From contig JAMPIE010000006.1 of NCBI GenBank assembly GCA_023663135.1, forward strand, positions 34,170-98,169: 64,000 bases of DNA, read 5' to 3'. How positions within the stretch are numbered: the first letter of the stretch is position 1; every line of letters starts with the position of its first letter. The stretch comes from Alloprevotella sp. (lineage in GTDB: Bacteria > Bacteroidota > Bacteroidia > Bacteroidales > Muribaculaceae). The notes under the pieces are model-generated. The model saw only the letters and a list, made by a program, of their open reading frames with translations, did not search any database and was not told the DNA's origin. Both the position numbers and the translations under genes were made by a program. This document shows, in pieces, positions 35,926 through 46,006 of the stretch.

Positions 35926-38406
35926 TTAAAGTGATTTGGGCGGATAGAGTGCGTCCCACCATGTAGAGTCTTTTTTAAGGTATTTCTCAAACCAGGCGAA
36001 GATTGTGTCTTGCCACTTGATGCGCTTGTCGTAGTCGAGAATATGATGGTCTTGATCTGAAACGGCCACAAGTGCGGTGGGGCGTCCGAGCAGCTTTAAG
36101 GCAGTAAACATCTGGATACTCTCGCCAAAAGGCACGTTGGTGTCACTGTCGCCATGGAGGAAGAGAAGTGGGGTGGTAATCTTGTCGGCTAAGTAGAGGG
36201 GGCTTTGGCCCACGTAGAGGTCTTGTCTGTCCCATGGATAACTGTTGGCCATAGATGTCTCGCTGTAGCTATATCCCCAGAAGCCTTCGCCCCAATACGA
36301 GGTGTGGTCAGATATACCCGCATGGCTTATAGCAGCGGCAAACATCGGGGTCTGAGTCTGGAGATATTGGGTCATGAAGCCGCCGTAGCTTGCACCGATG
36401 CAACCGAGGGCGGTAGAGTCAGTCCATTCATTCTCGCGACAAAACTGTCGGGTTCCTTCGATGATGTCTTGTGCTACCCCTTCGCCTGCTGTATTGACAT
36501 GACGCGAAGCCCATTCCTGTCCGCGGCCTGTGCAGCCGCTCGGGTTGATTACGAGTACGGCATATCCTTGGGCGGCATAGAGATGATGGGGATAGCGACT
36601 CTCAAAGTTGCGACATGTCGGGGAGCATCCTCCATAATAATTTACTATTACAGGATATTTTCTTGAAGGGTCGAAGTCGGCGGGGAGGTAATAGCGGGCG
36701 TTGATGGTGTCGCCGCGCGATGTTACATAGTTAAACGGTATGCAGTCTCCAAGAGCGAGGGAGGAAAGACGTGTGTCTGAGGGGCTGTCAATCATACGGT
36801 TGATGCCCCTTTTAAGGTCGGTTAGATACAGCCTGTCGGAGTTTGATGCCGATTGTCCTCTCCATGCCATGAGAGTTCCTGAGGATGGAAGGGAAAAGTT
36901 AGAGACGATTTCTTCCTCTTTTGCAAGCCTGGAGAAGCTATTCTTTGATGGATCGAATACAAAAAGAGACACGAGGTCGTTGTCTTCGGCCGTGAAATAT
37001 ATCTTGCCATCGGCGCGACTCCATTCAGCGTTGGTCACTGATGGATTGAAGCTCTTTGTGATAGGGTCAATGGCGCCGGTAGATGGCTCGATGATAAAAA
37101 GCTCTCCCTCAATCATTGAGGCCGTGCGTCCCTCAGGGAGGTTCAGACCAATTCCACCGAGGGCTTCGGGGGTGCCGTAGACAAGGATTTTTTTACCGTC
37201 GGGCGAGAATGATGCTGAGTTGACAAATCCATCATCTTTGACAATTGTGTCGGCCTTCATGGTAGCAATGTCAATACTAAGGATGTCTCGTATTGTGGTG
37301 GGTCGTTTTTCATATCGGCTGCGCTGGGTTGACACGAGTAGTTTCTTGCCGTCGGCTGAGATGTCGTTGAGATAGAGCTGTCTGAACCCAAAGGTTATTG
37401 GGGTTGTCACGCCGGTCTTGAAGTCGGTCTTCCAAAGGCGAGCGCGGCGGCGCCATCCGTGCTGGCGATCCTCGGGCTCAAGCACTTGGTAGACGTCGCC
37501 TTCTTCGGGTCCATTTTCATATGTGGTGATAATGGCAAAGTCTTCAGTGGGAGAGATGGTTAGTGAACCGTCTGGAATGCCGGAAGCGACTATTGTCTCT
37601 ACCCCTATTGTGGGGTTTATGGTGTAGAGTGTCGTCGTTCCATCATCGGCTATTCGTGTGGCATAAAGGAGAGCTGAAGAGGGCATCCAGCGTGCATTGT
37701 CGCGCCTGAGGCCGCCGATGGGAGAGCCATCAGCCGTGTTGATTATGCGAGTATAAGAGTCTCTTTTTTGTCCGCCCGGGGCTATGGTGGAATAATATGT
37801 CATAAGATATCGTCCGTCTGGCGATATTGAAGTCCATGTGGTGTGAGTGCCGTCGCTGAAGTCGCCGAGTCCCGGCATGCGCTTAGGGCTGAGGTTGTCG
37901 GTGGTGGGTGTCAGCTTGCCTATCTGGTCGTGAGGCGCGATGATGGCCACATCGGCCAATGGAGCTGCTCCTGGACGGCTAATCCAGTCAATATCGACGA
38001 GATGGGATCCGGGCTTGAGGTTGACCGCGCCATGTGTTTCAGTGCCGTCGACATATATCTTGGTGCCCCCGGGAGCATTGATGGCTATCCCTTTGGCAAA
38101 GGATTTGACGTCGAGTCGAAAGCTCATGCGCCCCATCTGAGTAGCCGTGGTGTCGAATGCCAAGACTTCTCCACGGCTGATGGTTTGACGTCCTTTCAAT
38201 CCGGGATGGCTGTTCATAGCCAGCACGGAGGCCGCGTCATAGGCATTGCCGTTGACATCAGTTGCATCTACCAACAAGGGTGTTGGGATAGTAGCAGGGC
38301 GCGTTGCGTCAAATGATGTAATATATAAGGTATCGGGCTGATCCGCTGCAATTGCCGAGGCGGCAAGGAGCGGAAGGAAAGCCGAGACAAGCAAATATCT
38401 TTTCAT
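35926..38406 (-). CDS. S9 family (prolyl oligopeptidase-like) peptidase, exported
   Basis: Signal peptide, beta-propeller repeats, GASYGG nucleophile, DTNVP and DQDHHI triad residues. Confidence 0.92.
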   Translation of the reverse strand: MKRYLLVSAFLPLLAASAIAADQPDTLYITSFDATRPATIPTPLLVDATDVNGNAYDAASVLAMNSHPGLKGRQTISRGEVLAFDTTATQMGRMSFRLDVKSFAKGIAINAPGGTKIYVDGTETHGAVNLKPGSHLVDIDWISRPGAAPLADVAIIAPHDQIGKLTPTTDNLSPKRMPGLGDFSDGTHTTWTSISPDGRYLMTYYSTIAPGGQKRDSYTRIINTADGSPIGGLRRDNARWMPSSALLYATRIADDGTTTLYTINPTIGVETIVASGIPDGSLTISPTEDFAIITTYENGPEEGDVYQVLEPEDRQHGWRRRARLWKTDFKTGVTTPITFGFRQLYLNDISADGKKLLVSTQRSRYEKRPTTIRDILSIDIATMKADTIVKDDGFVNSASFSPDGKKILVYGTPEALGGIGLNLPEGRTASMIEGELFIIEPSTGAIDPITKSFNPSVTNAEWSRADGKIYFTAEDNDLVSLFVFDPSKNSFSRLAKEEEIVSNFSLPSSGTLMAWRGQSASNSDRLYLTDLKRGINRMIDSPSDTRLSSLALGDCIPFNYVTSRGDTINARYYLPADFDPSRKYPVIVNYYGGCSPTCRNFESRYPHHLYAAQGYAVLVINPSGCTGRGQEWASRHVNTAGEGVAQDIIEGTRQFCRENEWTDSTALGCIGASYGGFMTQYLQTQTPMFAAAISHAGISDHTSYWGEGFWGYSYSETSMANSYPWDRQDLYVGQSPLYLADKITTPLLFLHGDSDTNVPFGESIQMFTALKLLGRPTALVAVSDQDHHILDYDKRIKWQDTIFAWFEKYLKKDSTWWDALYPPKSL

Positions 38407-38521
38407 AGATCTCGCAAAAAGGTTAATAATGGTGCCATATTTGACATGGCTTAGAAGGCCATTATAATGACCGATGACCTATCAAGCCGCAAAGATAGCA
38501 AAAGAAATGACAACAGACGAA

Positions 38522-38846
38522 AAAAATACCGGCCCCACCTTCAACAGGCAGCGGCCGGACTAAAGCCAATAGGCCTTTTTTAGTTTCTTTAGTGATAATC
38601 AACTCTCCGATTTCCTGATTTCGCAAAGTTGCTTCTCTAAACAAAAAAACAGTAGAGATTATATCATACTTACATTTTCATTTCACACCTTTCCTGCACT
38701 GGCCTGTCGTCTCGACCGGCAGCCTCAGGTGTTGCCTAATAATATAGTCTATTGAGCCTCAGTCCTAAAGGATAATCCGAAATTCGATTTTATGCGTAAC
38801 TTGCTATTATCTGTCAGTGCCGAGGCGGCAACGGCGTCTCTTTCTT
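38522..38846 (-). ncRNA. Candidate small RNA divergent from fusA2
   Basis: TATCTTTG box at 38851-38858, internal complementary segments, terminator at 38529-38558 with U-tract, no good ORF. Confidence 0.45.
38529..38558 (-). terminator. Intrinsic terminator
   Basis: CCGGCCGCTGCCT-gttga-AGGTGGGGCCGG followed by TATTTTTT on the minus strand. Confidence 0.75.
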
Positions 38847-38960
38847 GGTGCAAAGATACATATCATTATTAAACCAACAAATTTTTCGTCTCATTTTCTT
38901 GCAATTTGTAACTTTTTTTCAGCCGGTTAACCATTTTGACGGCAGCCATTGTGATGAAAT

Positions 38961-38976
38961 GATGTTGTAAAACATA
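38961..38976. promoter_or_regulatory. Cur (BT4338-like) binding site upstream of fusA2
   Basis: GATGTTGTAAAACATA matches TATGTTnTAnAACATA at all but the first position; fusA2 is a known Cur target in Bacteroides. Confidence 0.7.
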
Positions 38977-39102
38977 TTGACTATCGACCATGCCTTCAAC
39001 ATTTATACATAAATTAGCCCCCGAAAGAGATCGGCCTCTCCCCTACCCTTTCTCTCCCCTCGCCAAAGATATTCATAATCAACCCCATAACACCCTCATC
39101 CA

Positions 39103-41262
39103 ATGAAGGTTTATCAGACTAACGAAATCAAGAACATAGCCCTGCTTGGCAGCAAGGGCTCGGGCAAGACCACACTCGCCGAGGCAATGCTCTACGAGTG
39201 TGGAGTGATAAAACGTCGTGGCACTATCGAAGCCGCCAACACCGTGAGCGATTATTTCCCGGTAGAAAAAGAGTATGGCTACTCCGTATTCTCCACCGTA
39301 TTCTATGCCGAGTTTCTCGGCAAGAAGCTCAATGTAATTGACTGTCCCGGAGCCGACGACTTCGTTGGTAACGCTATCACTGCCTTAGGTGTCACCGACA
39401 CCGGCGTGATCCTCATCGACGCCCAGTATGGTGTAGAGGTGGGCACTCAGAACATCTTTCGCACATGTGCCTCTGTCAACAAGCCAGTAATCTTTGCCCT
39501 CAATCAACTTGATGGTGAGAAGGCCGACTATGACAATGCCCTCGAGCAGATGCGCGAAATCTTTGGACCAAAGGTTACTCCTATCCAATATCCACTTTCA
39601 TGCGGCCCGGGCTTCAACGCTATGATTGACGTGCTCCTCATGAAGAAATATTCTTGGGGGCCCGACGGTGGTGTGCCCACTATCGAGGAGATTCCGGCCG
39701 ATGAGATGGAGCGTGCAATGGCTCTTCATCAGCAGCTCGTAGAGGCTGCTGCCGAGAACGACGAGACCCTCATGGATAAGTTCTTTGAAGATGGCCACTT
39801 GACCGAAGATGAGATGCGAATGGGTATCCGCAAGGGCCTTGTCGATCGTTCGATCTTTCCTGTGTTCTGCGTGAGCGCCCTAAAGGATATGGGCGTGCGA
39901 CGCATGATGGAATTCCTTGGTAATGTAGTGCCCTTTGTGGATGATATGCCCGCCCCCGTCAATACTGCCGGCGAGGCTGTAGAGCCTAAAGCTGATGGCC
40001 CCCTGAGCGTCTTTGTGTTCAAGACCACCATCGAGCCCCACATTGGTGAGGTGAGCTACTTCAAGGTGATGAGCGGCACCCTTAACACCGGAGCCGACCT
40101 TGACAATGTAAGTCGCGGCTCCAAGGAGCGACTTGCTCAGATCTTTTGTGTCTGTGGCCAAATCAAGACACCGGTTGACACTCTTATGGCCGGAGATATA
40201 GGCGCTGCTGTGAAACTCAAGGATGTTCGTACCGGCAACACTCTCGATGCCAAGGGATGTGAATATGCCTTCGACTTCATCAAGTATCCCGCTCCCAAGT
40301 ATCAGCGTGCCATCCGCCCCGTAACAGAGAGCGATGCTGAGAAGCTCGCTGCCATCCTCACTCGCATGCATGAAGAAGACCCCACATGGATCGTTGAACA
40401 GTCAAAGGAGCTTAAGCAGACTCTCCTCAAGGGTCAAGGCGAGTTCCACCTGCGCACCCTAAAATGGCGTGTTGAAAACAACGACAAGCTTCCTATCATT
40501 TTCGAGGAACCGAAGATACCCTATCGCGAGACTATCACCAAAGCAGCGCGCGCCGACTATCGTCATAAGAAGCAGAGCGGCGGCTCCGGTCAGTTTGGCG
40601 AGGTGCATCTCATCATCGAACCTTACACCGAAGGCATGCCCGAACCCACAAGCTATAAGTTTGGCAATCAGGAATATGTCATGAAGGTGCGTAACACTCA
40701 GGAGGTGCCCCTCGAATGGGGCGGCAAGCTTGTCGTGTGTGACTGCATCGTAGGCGGTGCCATCGACACCCGCTTTATCCCCGCAATTGTTAAGGGGCTC
40801 ATGGATCGTATGGAACAAGGCCCTCTCACCGGATCATATGCCCGCGACGTCCGCGTTTGTATCTACGACGGTAAGATGCACCCCGTTGACTCCAACGAGA
40901 TCTCCTTCCGCTTGGCCGGCCGCAACGCCTTCTCAGAGGCATTCCGCAATGCCAATCCCAAGATCCTCGAGCCTGTCTATGACGTAGATGTCTTCGTCCC
41001 CGCCGATGCTATGGGCGATGTCATGAGCGACCTTCAGGGTCGCCGCGGCCTCATCATGGGCATGTCAAGTGAAAACGGGTTCGAGAAGATCACAGCCAAA
41101 GTGCCTTTGAAGGAGATGGGCTCCTATTCCACTGCCCTCTCATCGCTCACAGGTGGCCGCTCATCCTTCACTATGAGTTTTGCCGGATATGAGCTTGTCC
41201 CCGGCGATGTTCAGGAAAAGCTCTTGGCCGAATATGCTGCCAAAACTACCACAGACGATTAA
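39103..41262 (+). CDS. fusA2: Elongation factor G paralog EF-G2
   Basis: EF-G architecture with GSKGSGKT, DCPGADDF (no switch-II His), NQLD, and a domain IV insert (EGMPEPTSYKFGNQEYVMKVRNTQE). Confidence 0.9.
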   Translation: MKVYQTNEIKNIALLGSKGSGKTTLAEAMLYECGVIKRRGTIEAANTVSDYFPVEKEYGYSVFSTVFYAEFLGKKLNVIDCPGADDFVGNAITALGVTDTGVILIDAQYGVEVGTQNIFRTCASVNKPVIFALNQLDGEKADYDNALEQMREIFGPKVTPIQYPLSCGPGFNAMIDVLLMKKYSWGPDGGVPTIEEIPADEMERAMALHQQLVEAAAENDETLMDKFFEDGHLTEDEMRMGIRKGLVDRSIFPVFCVSALKDMGVRRMMEFLGNVVPFVDDMPAPVNTAGEAVEPKADGPLSVFVFKTTIEPHIGEVSYFKVMSGTLNTGADLDNVSRGSKERLAQIFCVCGQIKTPVDTLMAGDIGAAVKLKDVRTGNTLDAKGCEYAFDFIKYPAPKYQRAIRPVTESDAEKLAAILTRMHEEDPTWIVEQSKELKQTLLKGQGEFHLRTLKWRVENNDKLPIIFEEPKIPYRETITKAARADYRHKKQSGGSGQFGEVHLIIEPYTEGMPEPTSYKFGNQEYVMKVRNTQEVPLEWGGKLVVCDCIVGGAIDTRFIPAIVKGLMDRMEQGPLTGSYARDVRVCIYDGKMHPVDSNEISFRLAGRNAFSEAFRNANPKILEPVYDVDVFVPADAMGDVMSDLQGRRGLIMGMSSENGFEKITAKVPLKEMGSYSTALSSLTGGRSSFTMSFAGYELVPGDVQEKLLAEYAAKTTTDD

Positions 41263-41285
41263 CGTCCCCATCCTCCCCACTATCT

Positions 41286-41315
41286 ATGCTCCGGAACCAT
41301 TCGGCTCCGGAGCAT
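41286..41315 (+). terminator. fusA2 terminator
   Basis: ATGCTCCGGAACC-attc-GGCTCCGGAGCAT followed by TTT. Confidence 0.75.
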
Positions 41316-41412
41316 TTTCGTGACCAGTATGACAACTCATATTTGTGGCTATAATGAAAAATGATTACCTTTGCATTTGCTAACAATATTTCCACCCACT
41401 ATGCCATTCAAT

Positions 41413-42375
41413 ATGGGATTTTTCTCAAGACTATTTAACAAGGAGAAAAAAGAGACGCTTGATAGAGGCCTGGAACGCACTAAGCAAGGTGTGTTTCAGA
41501 AGATTGCACATGCTTTGGCCGGACGTACCACTATCGACGACGAGTTCCTTGACCAGCTCGAGGAAATATTTGTCACAAGCGATATGGGCATTGATACTAC
41601 GCTAAAAATCATTGACCGGATCCAATCTCGTGCCGCTCGCGACAGATATGTGTCCACATCAGAGCTGAATAAGATGCTCCGCGAGGAGATCACAGCTCTC
41701 CTTGCAGAAAACGATGCCACAATTATGGCCGACGAGGATTTTTCCATTCCCTCAGGCCACAAGCCTCATGTCATAATGGTGGTGGGAGTGAATGGTGCTG
41801 GTAAGACCACTACTATTGGCAAGCTGGCAGCCCAATTTAAGAATGCCGGCCATAAGGTACTTCTTGGAGCAGCCGACACTTTCCGTGCTGCTGCCATTGA
41901 ACAGCTCGAAGTATGGAGCCATCGTGCCGAAGTGCCCATAGTGAAGCAGCGTCAAGGAGCCGACCCCGCCTCGGTGGCTTTCGATACGCTCAAGAGTGCC
42001 GTGGCCAACGATGTTGATGTGGTTATTATCGACACTGCCGGTCGACTCCATAATCAGAAGGGATTAATGGATGAGCTATCCAAGATTCGCCGAGTGATGG
42101 ACAAGGTTGTGCCAGGAGCCCCCCACGAGGTGCTTCTCGTACTTGATGGATCCACCGGCCAAAATGCCTTTGAGCAGGCTCGCCAGTTTGTGGCATCCAC
42201 TCAGGTTACAGGTCTTGTAATCACCAAGCTCGATGGAACAGCTAAGGGTGGTGTGGTCATTGGTATATCTGATCAGTTTAAGATCCCGGTAAAATATATA
42301 GGCCTTGGCGAGAAAATTACTGATCTCCAGGTTTTCCGCAAGGATGAGTTTGTAGACTCAATCTTCCCCGATTGA
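41413..42375 (+). CDS. ftsY: Signal recognition particle receptor FtsY
   Basis: GVNGAGKTTT, DTFRAAA, DTAGR and TKLDGTAKGG motifs; start at 41413 or 41401. Confidence 0.97.
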   Translation: MGFFSRLFNKEKKETLDRGLERTKQGVFQKIAHALAGRTTIDDEFLDQLEEIFVTSDMGIDTTLKIIDRIQSRAARDRYVSTSELNKMLREEITALLAENDATIMADEDFSIPSGHKPHVIMVVGVNGAGKTTTIGKLAAQFKNAGHKVLLGAADTFRAAAIEQLEVWSHRAEVPIVKQRQGADPASVAFDTLKSAVANDVDVVIIDTAGRLHNQKGLMDELSKIRRVMDKVVPGAPHEVLLVLDGSTGQNAFEQARQFVASTQVTGLVITKLDGTAKGGVVIGISDQFKIPVKYIGLGEKITDLQVFRKDEFVDSIFPD

Positions 42376-42376
42376 C

Positions 42377-43687
42377 ATGGCCGCCCCTACTGTTAACATA
42401 GTCTCGCTGGGCTGCTCTAAAAACCTTGTTGATGCTGAGCACTTGATGAAGTCGCTCGCAGATACCGGGTGTAAAGTACTCTTTGATGCCCCAGCGGTTT
42501 CTCTACCCAAGGGCACTATAGTCGTGGTTAACACCTGCGGCTTTATTGCCGATGCAAAGGAGGAGAGTATCAACACCCTCCTACAATGGGGTAATGCCAA
42601 GGAGAGCGGACAGGTGACTGAGCTCATTGCTATGGGATGTCTCTCGCAGCGATATCTTGACACTCTCCCCGATATGATTCCTGAAGTGGATAAGTGGTTT
42701 GGTAAAAACGACTGGGGCAGTATAGTGAGCCATCTCGCCAGGAAAAATCCTGCAACAGCGCCATATGACCGCGTAGTGACAACTCCTCGCCACCATGCCT
42801 ATCTCAAGATAGCTGAGGGTTGTGACCGCTTCTGTGCCTTCTGCGCTATTCCTCTTATCACAGGGCGCTATCGTTCACGTCGGCCAGAGGAAATCATCGA
42901 CGAGGCTCGAAGACTTGCATCACGAGGCGTGAAGGAGTTTAACGTCATTGCTCAAGACCTCTCAGCATATGGTCGTGACCTTAACCCCGACCGACAGTCG
43001 GGGCTCGCCTCCCTTCTCGACTCTCTTGCAGATATTCCTGGCATTGAACGCATCCGTCTACATTATGCATATCCCGCCGACTTTCCTATGGACATCCTTG
43101 ATGTGATGGTCCGTAGACCTAATGTGTGTCGCTACCTCGACATTGCCCTACAGCATATAGCCGATCCCGTGCTTAACAATATGCGCCGTCATATAGATGG
43201 CAAATCAACGCGAAAGCTTCTTAGCGAGATACGTCGTCGAGTGCCGGGAATACATATCCGGACTACGCTGATGGTTGGCTTCCCAGGCGAAGGCGAGCGT
43301 GAGTTTGACGAGCTTATGGAGTTTGTCAAGGAGCAACGATTTGAACGTATGGGAGCATTCGCTTACTGTGAAGAGGAGGACACCTATGCGGCTCGACATT
43401 TGAACGACAATATCCCTGAAGAAGTCAAGCAAACCCGCCTCGATAGTCTTATGCAGCTCCAAGAGCAAATTTCACTTGAAATACAAGAGCGAAAGGTGGG
43501 TCAAACCTTGCGAGTAGTCGTTGACCGTGAGGAGTCCGACTACTATATTGGACGCACAGAATTTGATTCGCCCGAGGTGGATCCTGAGGTGCTCATTCAT
43601 AAGACACGTCCATTGACCCGAGGAGAGTATATAAATGTGAAGGTTACATCTGCCCTCCCCTATGACTTGATTGCTATACCAGTGTAA
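42377..43687 (+). CDS. rimO: Ribosomal protein S12 methylthiotransferase RimO
   Basis: LGCSKNLVDAE, NTCGFI, radical-SAM CDRFCAFC, and TRAM domain with GRTEFDSPEVD. Confidence 0.96.
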   Translation: MAAPTVNIVSLGCSKNLVDAEHLMKSLADTGCKVLFDAPAVSLPKGTIVVVNTCGFIADAKEESINTLLQWGNAKESGQVTELIAMGCLSQRYLDTLPDMIPEVDKWFGKNDWGSIVSHLARKNPATAPYDRVVTTPRHHAYLKIAEGCDRFCAFCAIPLITGRYRSRRPEEIIDEARRLASRGVKEFNVIAQDLSAYGRDLNPDRQSGLASLLDSLADIPGIERIRLHYAYPADFPMDILDVMVRRPNVCRYLDIALQHIADPVLNNMRRHIDGKSTRKLLSEIRRRVPGIHIRTTLMVGFPGEGEREFDELMEFVKEQRFERMGAFAYCEEEDTYAARHLNDNIPEEVKQTRLDSLMQLQEQISLEIQERKVGQTLRVVVDREESDYYIGRTEFDSPEVDPEVLIHKTRPLTRGEYINVKVTSALPYDLIAIPV

Positions 43688-43697
43688 GTAAGTTCTT

Positions 43698-44870
43698 ATG
43701 CCCGTAACATTTTCAGACGCTCAGTCACATGCTGTGGCCAAGGCTCTATCATGCAATATCCCTTTTGCACTTTTCGCTCATCCTGACGAGGAGGAGTTTA
43801 GTTTCTATGCATCCCTTCCCTCAGAGGAACATTTTAATTCGCTTGACAACGACCGTCAGGGGACCAACGCATTCTTTATCACACCCTTCGGAGCGCCGTT
43901 CTCCGAAAGCCTGATAGTGCTGGATGAGCTCCCTATTGATAAGCTCATGGCGATGGATAGCGACTGGCATAAATATCCCGAAGCTGATGTTGCGCCCACA
44001 AAGGTCAGCACCTCCTACCCATATTACTACACTATGGTTCGCGAGGCACGCAAGCGGATATCCTCGCATAAGTTAGATAAGGTTGTGATATCTAGGCTCA
44101 TCTCGACTCTATCCCAATCCTCGCCATTGGAAATAGCAGATAAATATTTCAGCCTTCACCCAGACTCTTTCCGAGCCATCTATTTCACGCAGGAGACCGG
44201 ATTGTGGATCACATGCACTCCCGAACTGTTGCTAATAGCTGCTCAGCCTGACCAAAAGGATGCCCCGGCTGACCTTTCTAAATTTACTACTATGTCGCTT
44301 GCCGGTACCCGCATTAAAGGAAGTGATGGCGATTGGGACGGAAAGAATATTGCCGAGCACGATATAGTGCTTCGCCATATCGCTAATATCTTTTTAAAAA
44401 GCGGTGTGGAGCCGCAAGTATCTGAGCCAATGACTCTTTCCTTTGGCGACATTGAACATCGTCTTCATCTGATAGAGGGCCATGGCACAGTGAATGCCTT
44501 TGAGTTGCTTGACAGACTTACACCCACCCCGGCTCTTGCCGGATATCCCATTGAAAAATCATTAGCGTATATTGCTGACAAGGAGCTGCATGATCGCCGA
44601 TGTTATGGCGGAGTGATTGGCACTTTGAGTGAGAAGCAGATGAGTGCCTACGTAAATATTCGCTGTGCCCACGCAGACACTAAGCCTCGAGGCAATGGAT
44701 CCTCTTATCTATTCAACATATATGCCGGAGGCGGGATAATGGAAGAGTCGACCCCAGGGCGTGAATGGCGCGAGGCAGGCAACAAAGCCTCGTCACTCTA
44801 TTCGTTGCTTTGCCCCGACGACCCCAAAGGGCCGACATATATTGAGAGCCCATGGGATACGCTTGATTAA
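43698..44870 (+). CDS. Chorismate-binding (MST) enzyme, isochorismate synthase-like
   Basis: CTPELL, SLAGT, KNIAEH, PTPALAGYP, YVNIRC and YAGGGI...EW motifs. Confidence 0.8.
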   Translation: MPVTFSDAQSHAVAKALSCNIPFALFAHPDEEEFSFYASLPSEEHFNSLDNDRQGTNAFFITPFGAPFSESLIVLDELPIDKLMAMDSDWHKYPEADVAPTKVSTSYPYYYTMVREARKRISSHKLDKVVISRLISTLSQSSPLEIADKYFSLHPDSFRAIYFTQETGLWITCTPELLLIAAQPDQKDAPADLSKFTTMSLAGTRIKGSDGDWDGKNIAEHDIVLRHIANIFLKSGVEPQVSEPMTLSFGDIEHRLHLIEGHGTVNAFELLDRLTPTPALAGYPIEKSLAYIADKELHDRRCYGGVIGTLSEKQMSAYVNIRCAHADTKPRGNGSSYLFNIYAGGGIMEESTPGREWREAGNKASSLYSLLCPDDPKGPTYIESPWDTLD

Positions 44871-45583
44871 CCTTGGCGTCCCTTTGCACCCTGCACCATC
44901 TGAGCCACATAGTTAGTAAGATAAACAGTAAAGAGAGGGAATACAACCATGCCGAGGATGGGGAGCACGACGGCAACAATTCGGCCAGGCGTGGTCACCG
45001 GCTCAATGTTGCATCCCACAGTGGCCATATTCATGGCGCTCCACCATAGAGCGTCCCAATAACTGTTGACAAGGCTGTTGAGCCCGTGCTCCCACTGGAA
45101 AAATATTAGCGAACAGAAATAGCCCACAAATACCATTATAGCTATATAACTAACAAATAGCGATGTGATGGCATTCTTAGATAGATATCCAAAGACTATG
45201 GCGATGGCCAGAGCACCGCGTGCGAGAGGAATAAACCTCACTAAGTATATTGCGTTGGGAGATAGATGAATGTTGAGAGTGTGGATGATGTTGAGATAAG
45301 GGATTGACAGTAACAGGAAGAGCAGTCTTCGGCGGAAATAGCCTCCTTTGTGGGGCGAGTAAATAAGCTCCACAAAAAAGTCAATGATGAAGAATATACA
45401 TACCCATAGCTGAAACTGCATATATCCCGCTGATGATAGAAAGTCAATCTCCTTCAGCGTATCATACGAAATCCACGTTATTAAAATGATAGAAAGGAGT
45501 AAGACGATGAAATTCATTAGTTTCACTACCTTATGTCGTGGTTCTGGACTTAGGGAATTGCTCCGCGACGGTGTGTTGCTCAT
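44867..45583 (-). CDS. Ion channel (potassium-channel-like pore domain)
   Basis: Transmembrane helices, pore helix WDALWWSAMNMATVGCNI, and PVTTPGRIVA; start ATG 45583. Confidence 0.8.
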   Translation of the reverse strand: MSNTPSRSNSLSPEPRHKVVKLMNFIVLLLSIILITWISYDTLKEIDFLSSAGYMQFQLWVCIFFIIDFFVELIYSPHKGGYFRRRLLFLLLSIPYLNIIHTLNIHLSPNAIYLVRFIPLARGALAIAIVFGYLSKNAITSLFVSYIAIMVFVGYFCSLIFFQWEHGLNSLVNSYWDALWWSAMNMATVGCNIEPVTTPGRIVAVVLPILGMVVFPLFTVYLTNYVAQMVQGAKGRQG

Positions 45584-45741
45584 AGAGATATTAATGTAGG
45601 ATGAATGTTTATGAAAGATAAACACCGATGGAGGCAAATCTGTTCCGATGACAATTGTTCGCCATTCAACCATCTCAACTTTCCTCCGCAGAATTACGCC
45701 ATAATAACTGACATATTTTTGCTGCATTGGGAAAAAAGAGT

Positions 45742-45749
45742 TAACTTTG
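45742..45749 (+). promoter_or_regulatory. sigmaA -7 box about 260 nt upstream of the CapD-like gene
   Basis: TAACTTTG. Confidence 0.55.
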
Positions 45750-46006
45750 CCAACAACTTCGCGCAATTGACAGATTGCACCGGGGTTATGATTGTCATTT
45801 TGGGTAATCAGATTTTATTAATTCACCGCCTGCATTACATTCAGATTAGGGATGTGTGCTCTCATTGATATACACGTTCGCCAGATAAGGTCCGTAGGGC
45901 CAAAAGTATATTGCCACGCGGCTTGCCGTGGTGCAGAATATTTGTATCCGGAAGTATCAGAATGCAGGAAATAACCTTGAATAGAGAGCTTTTTTATATA
46001 GCATAA

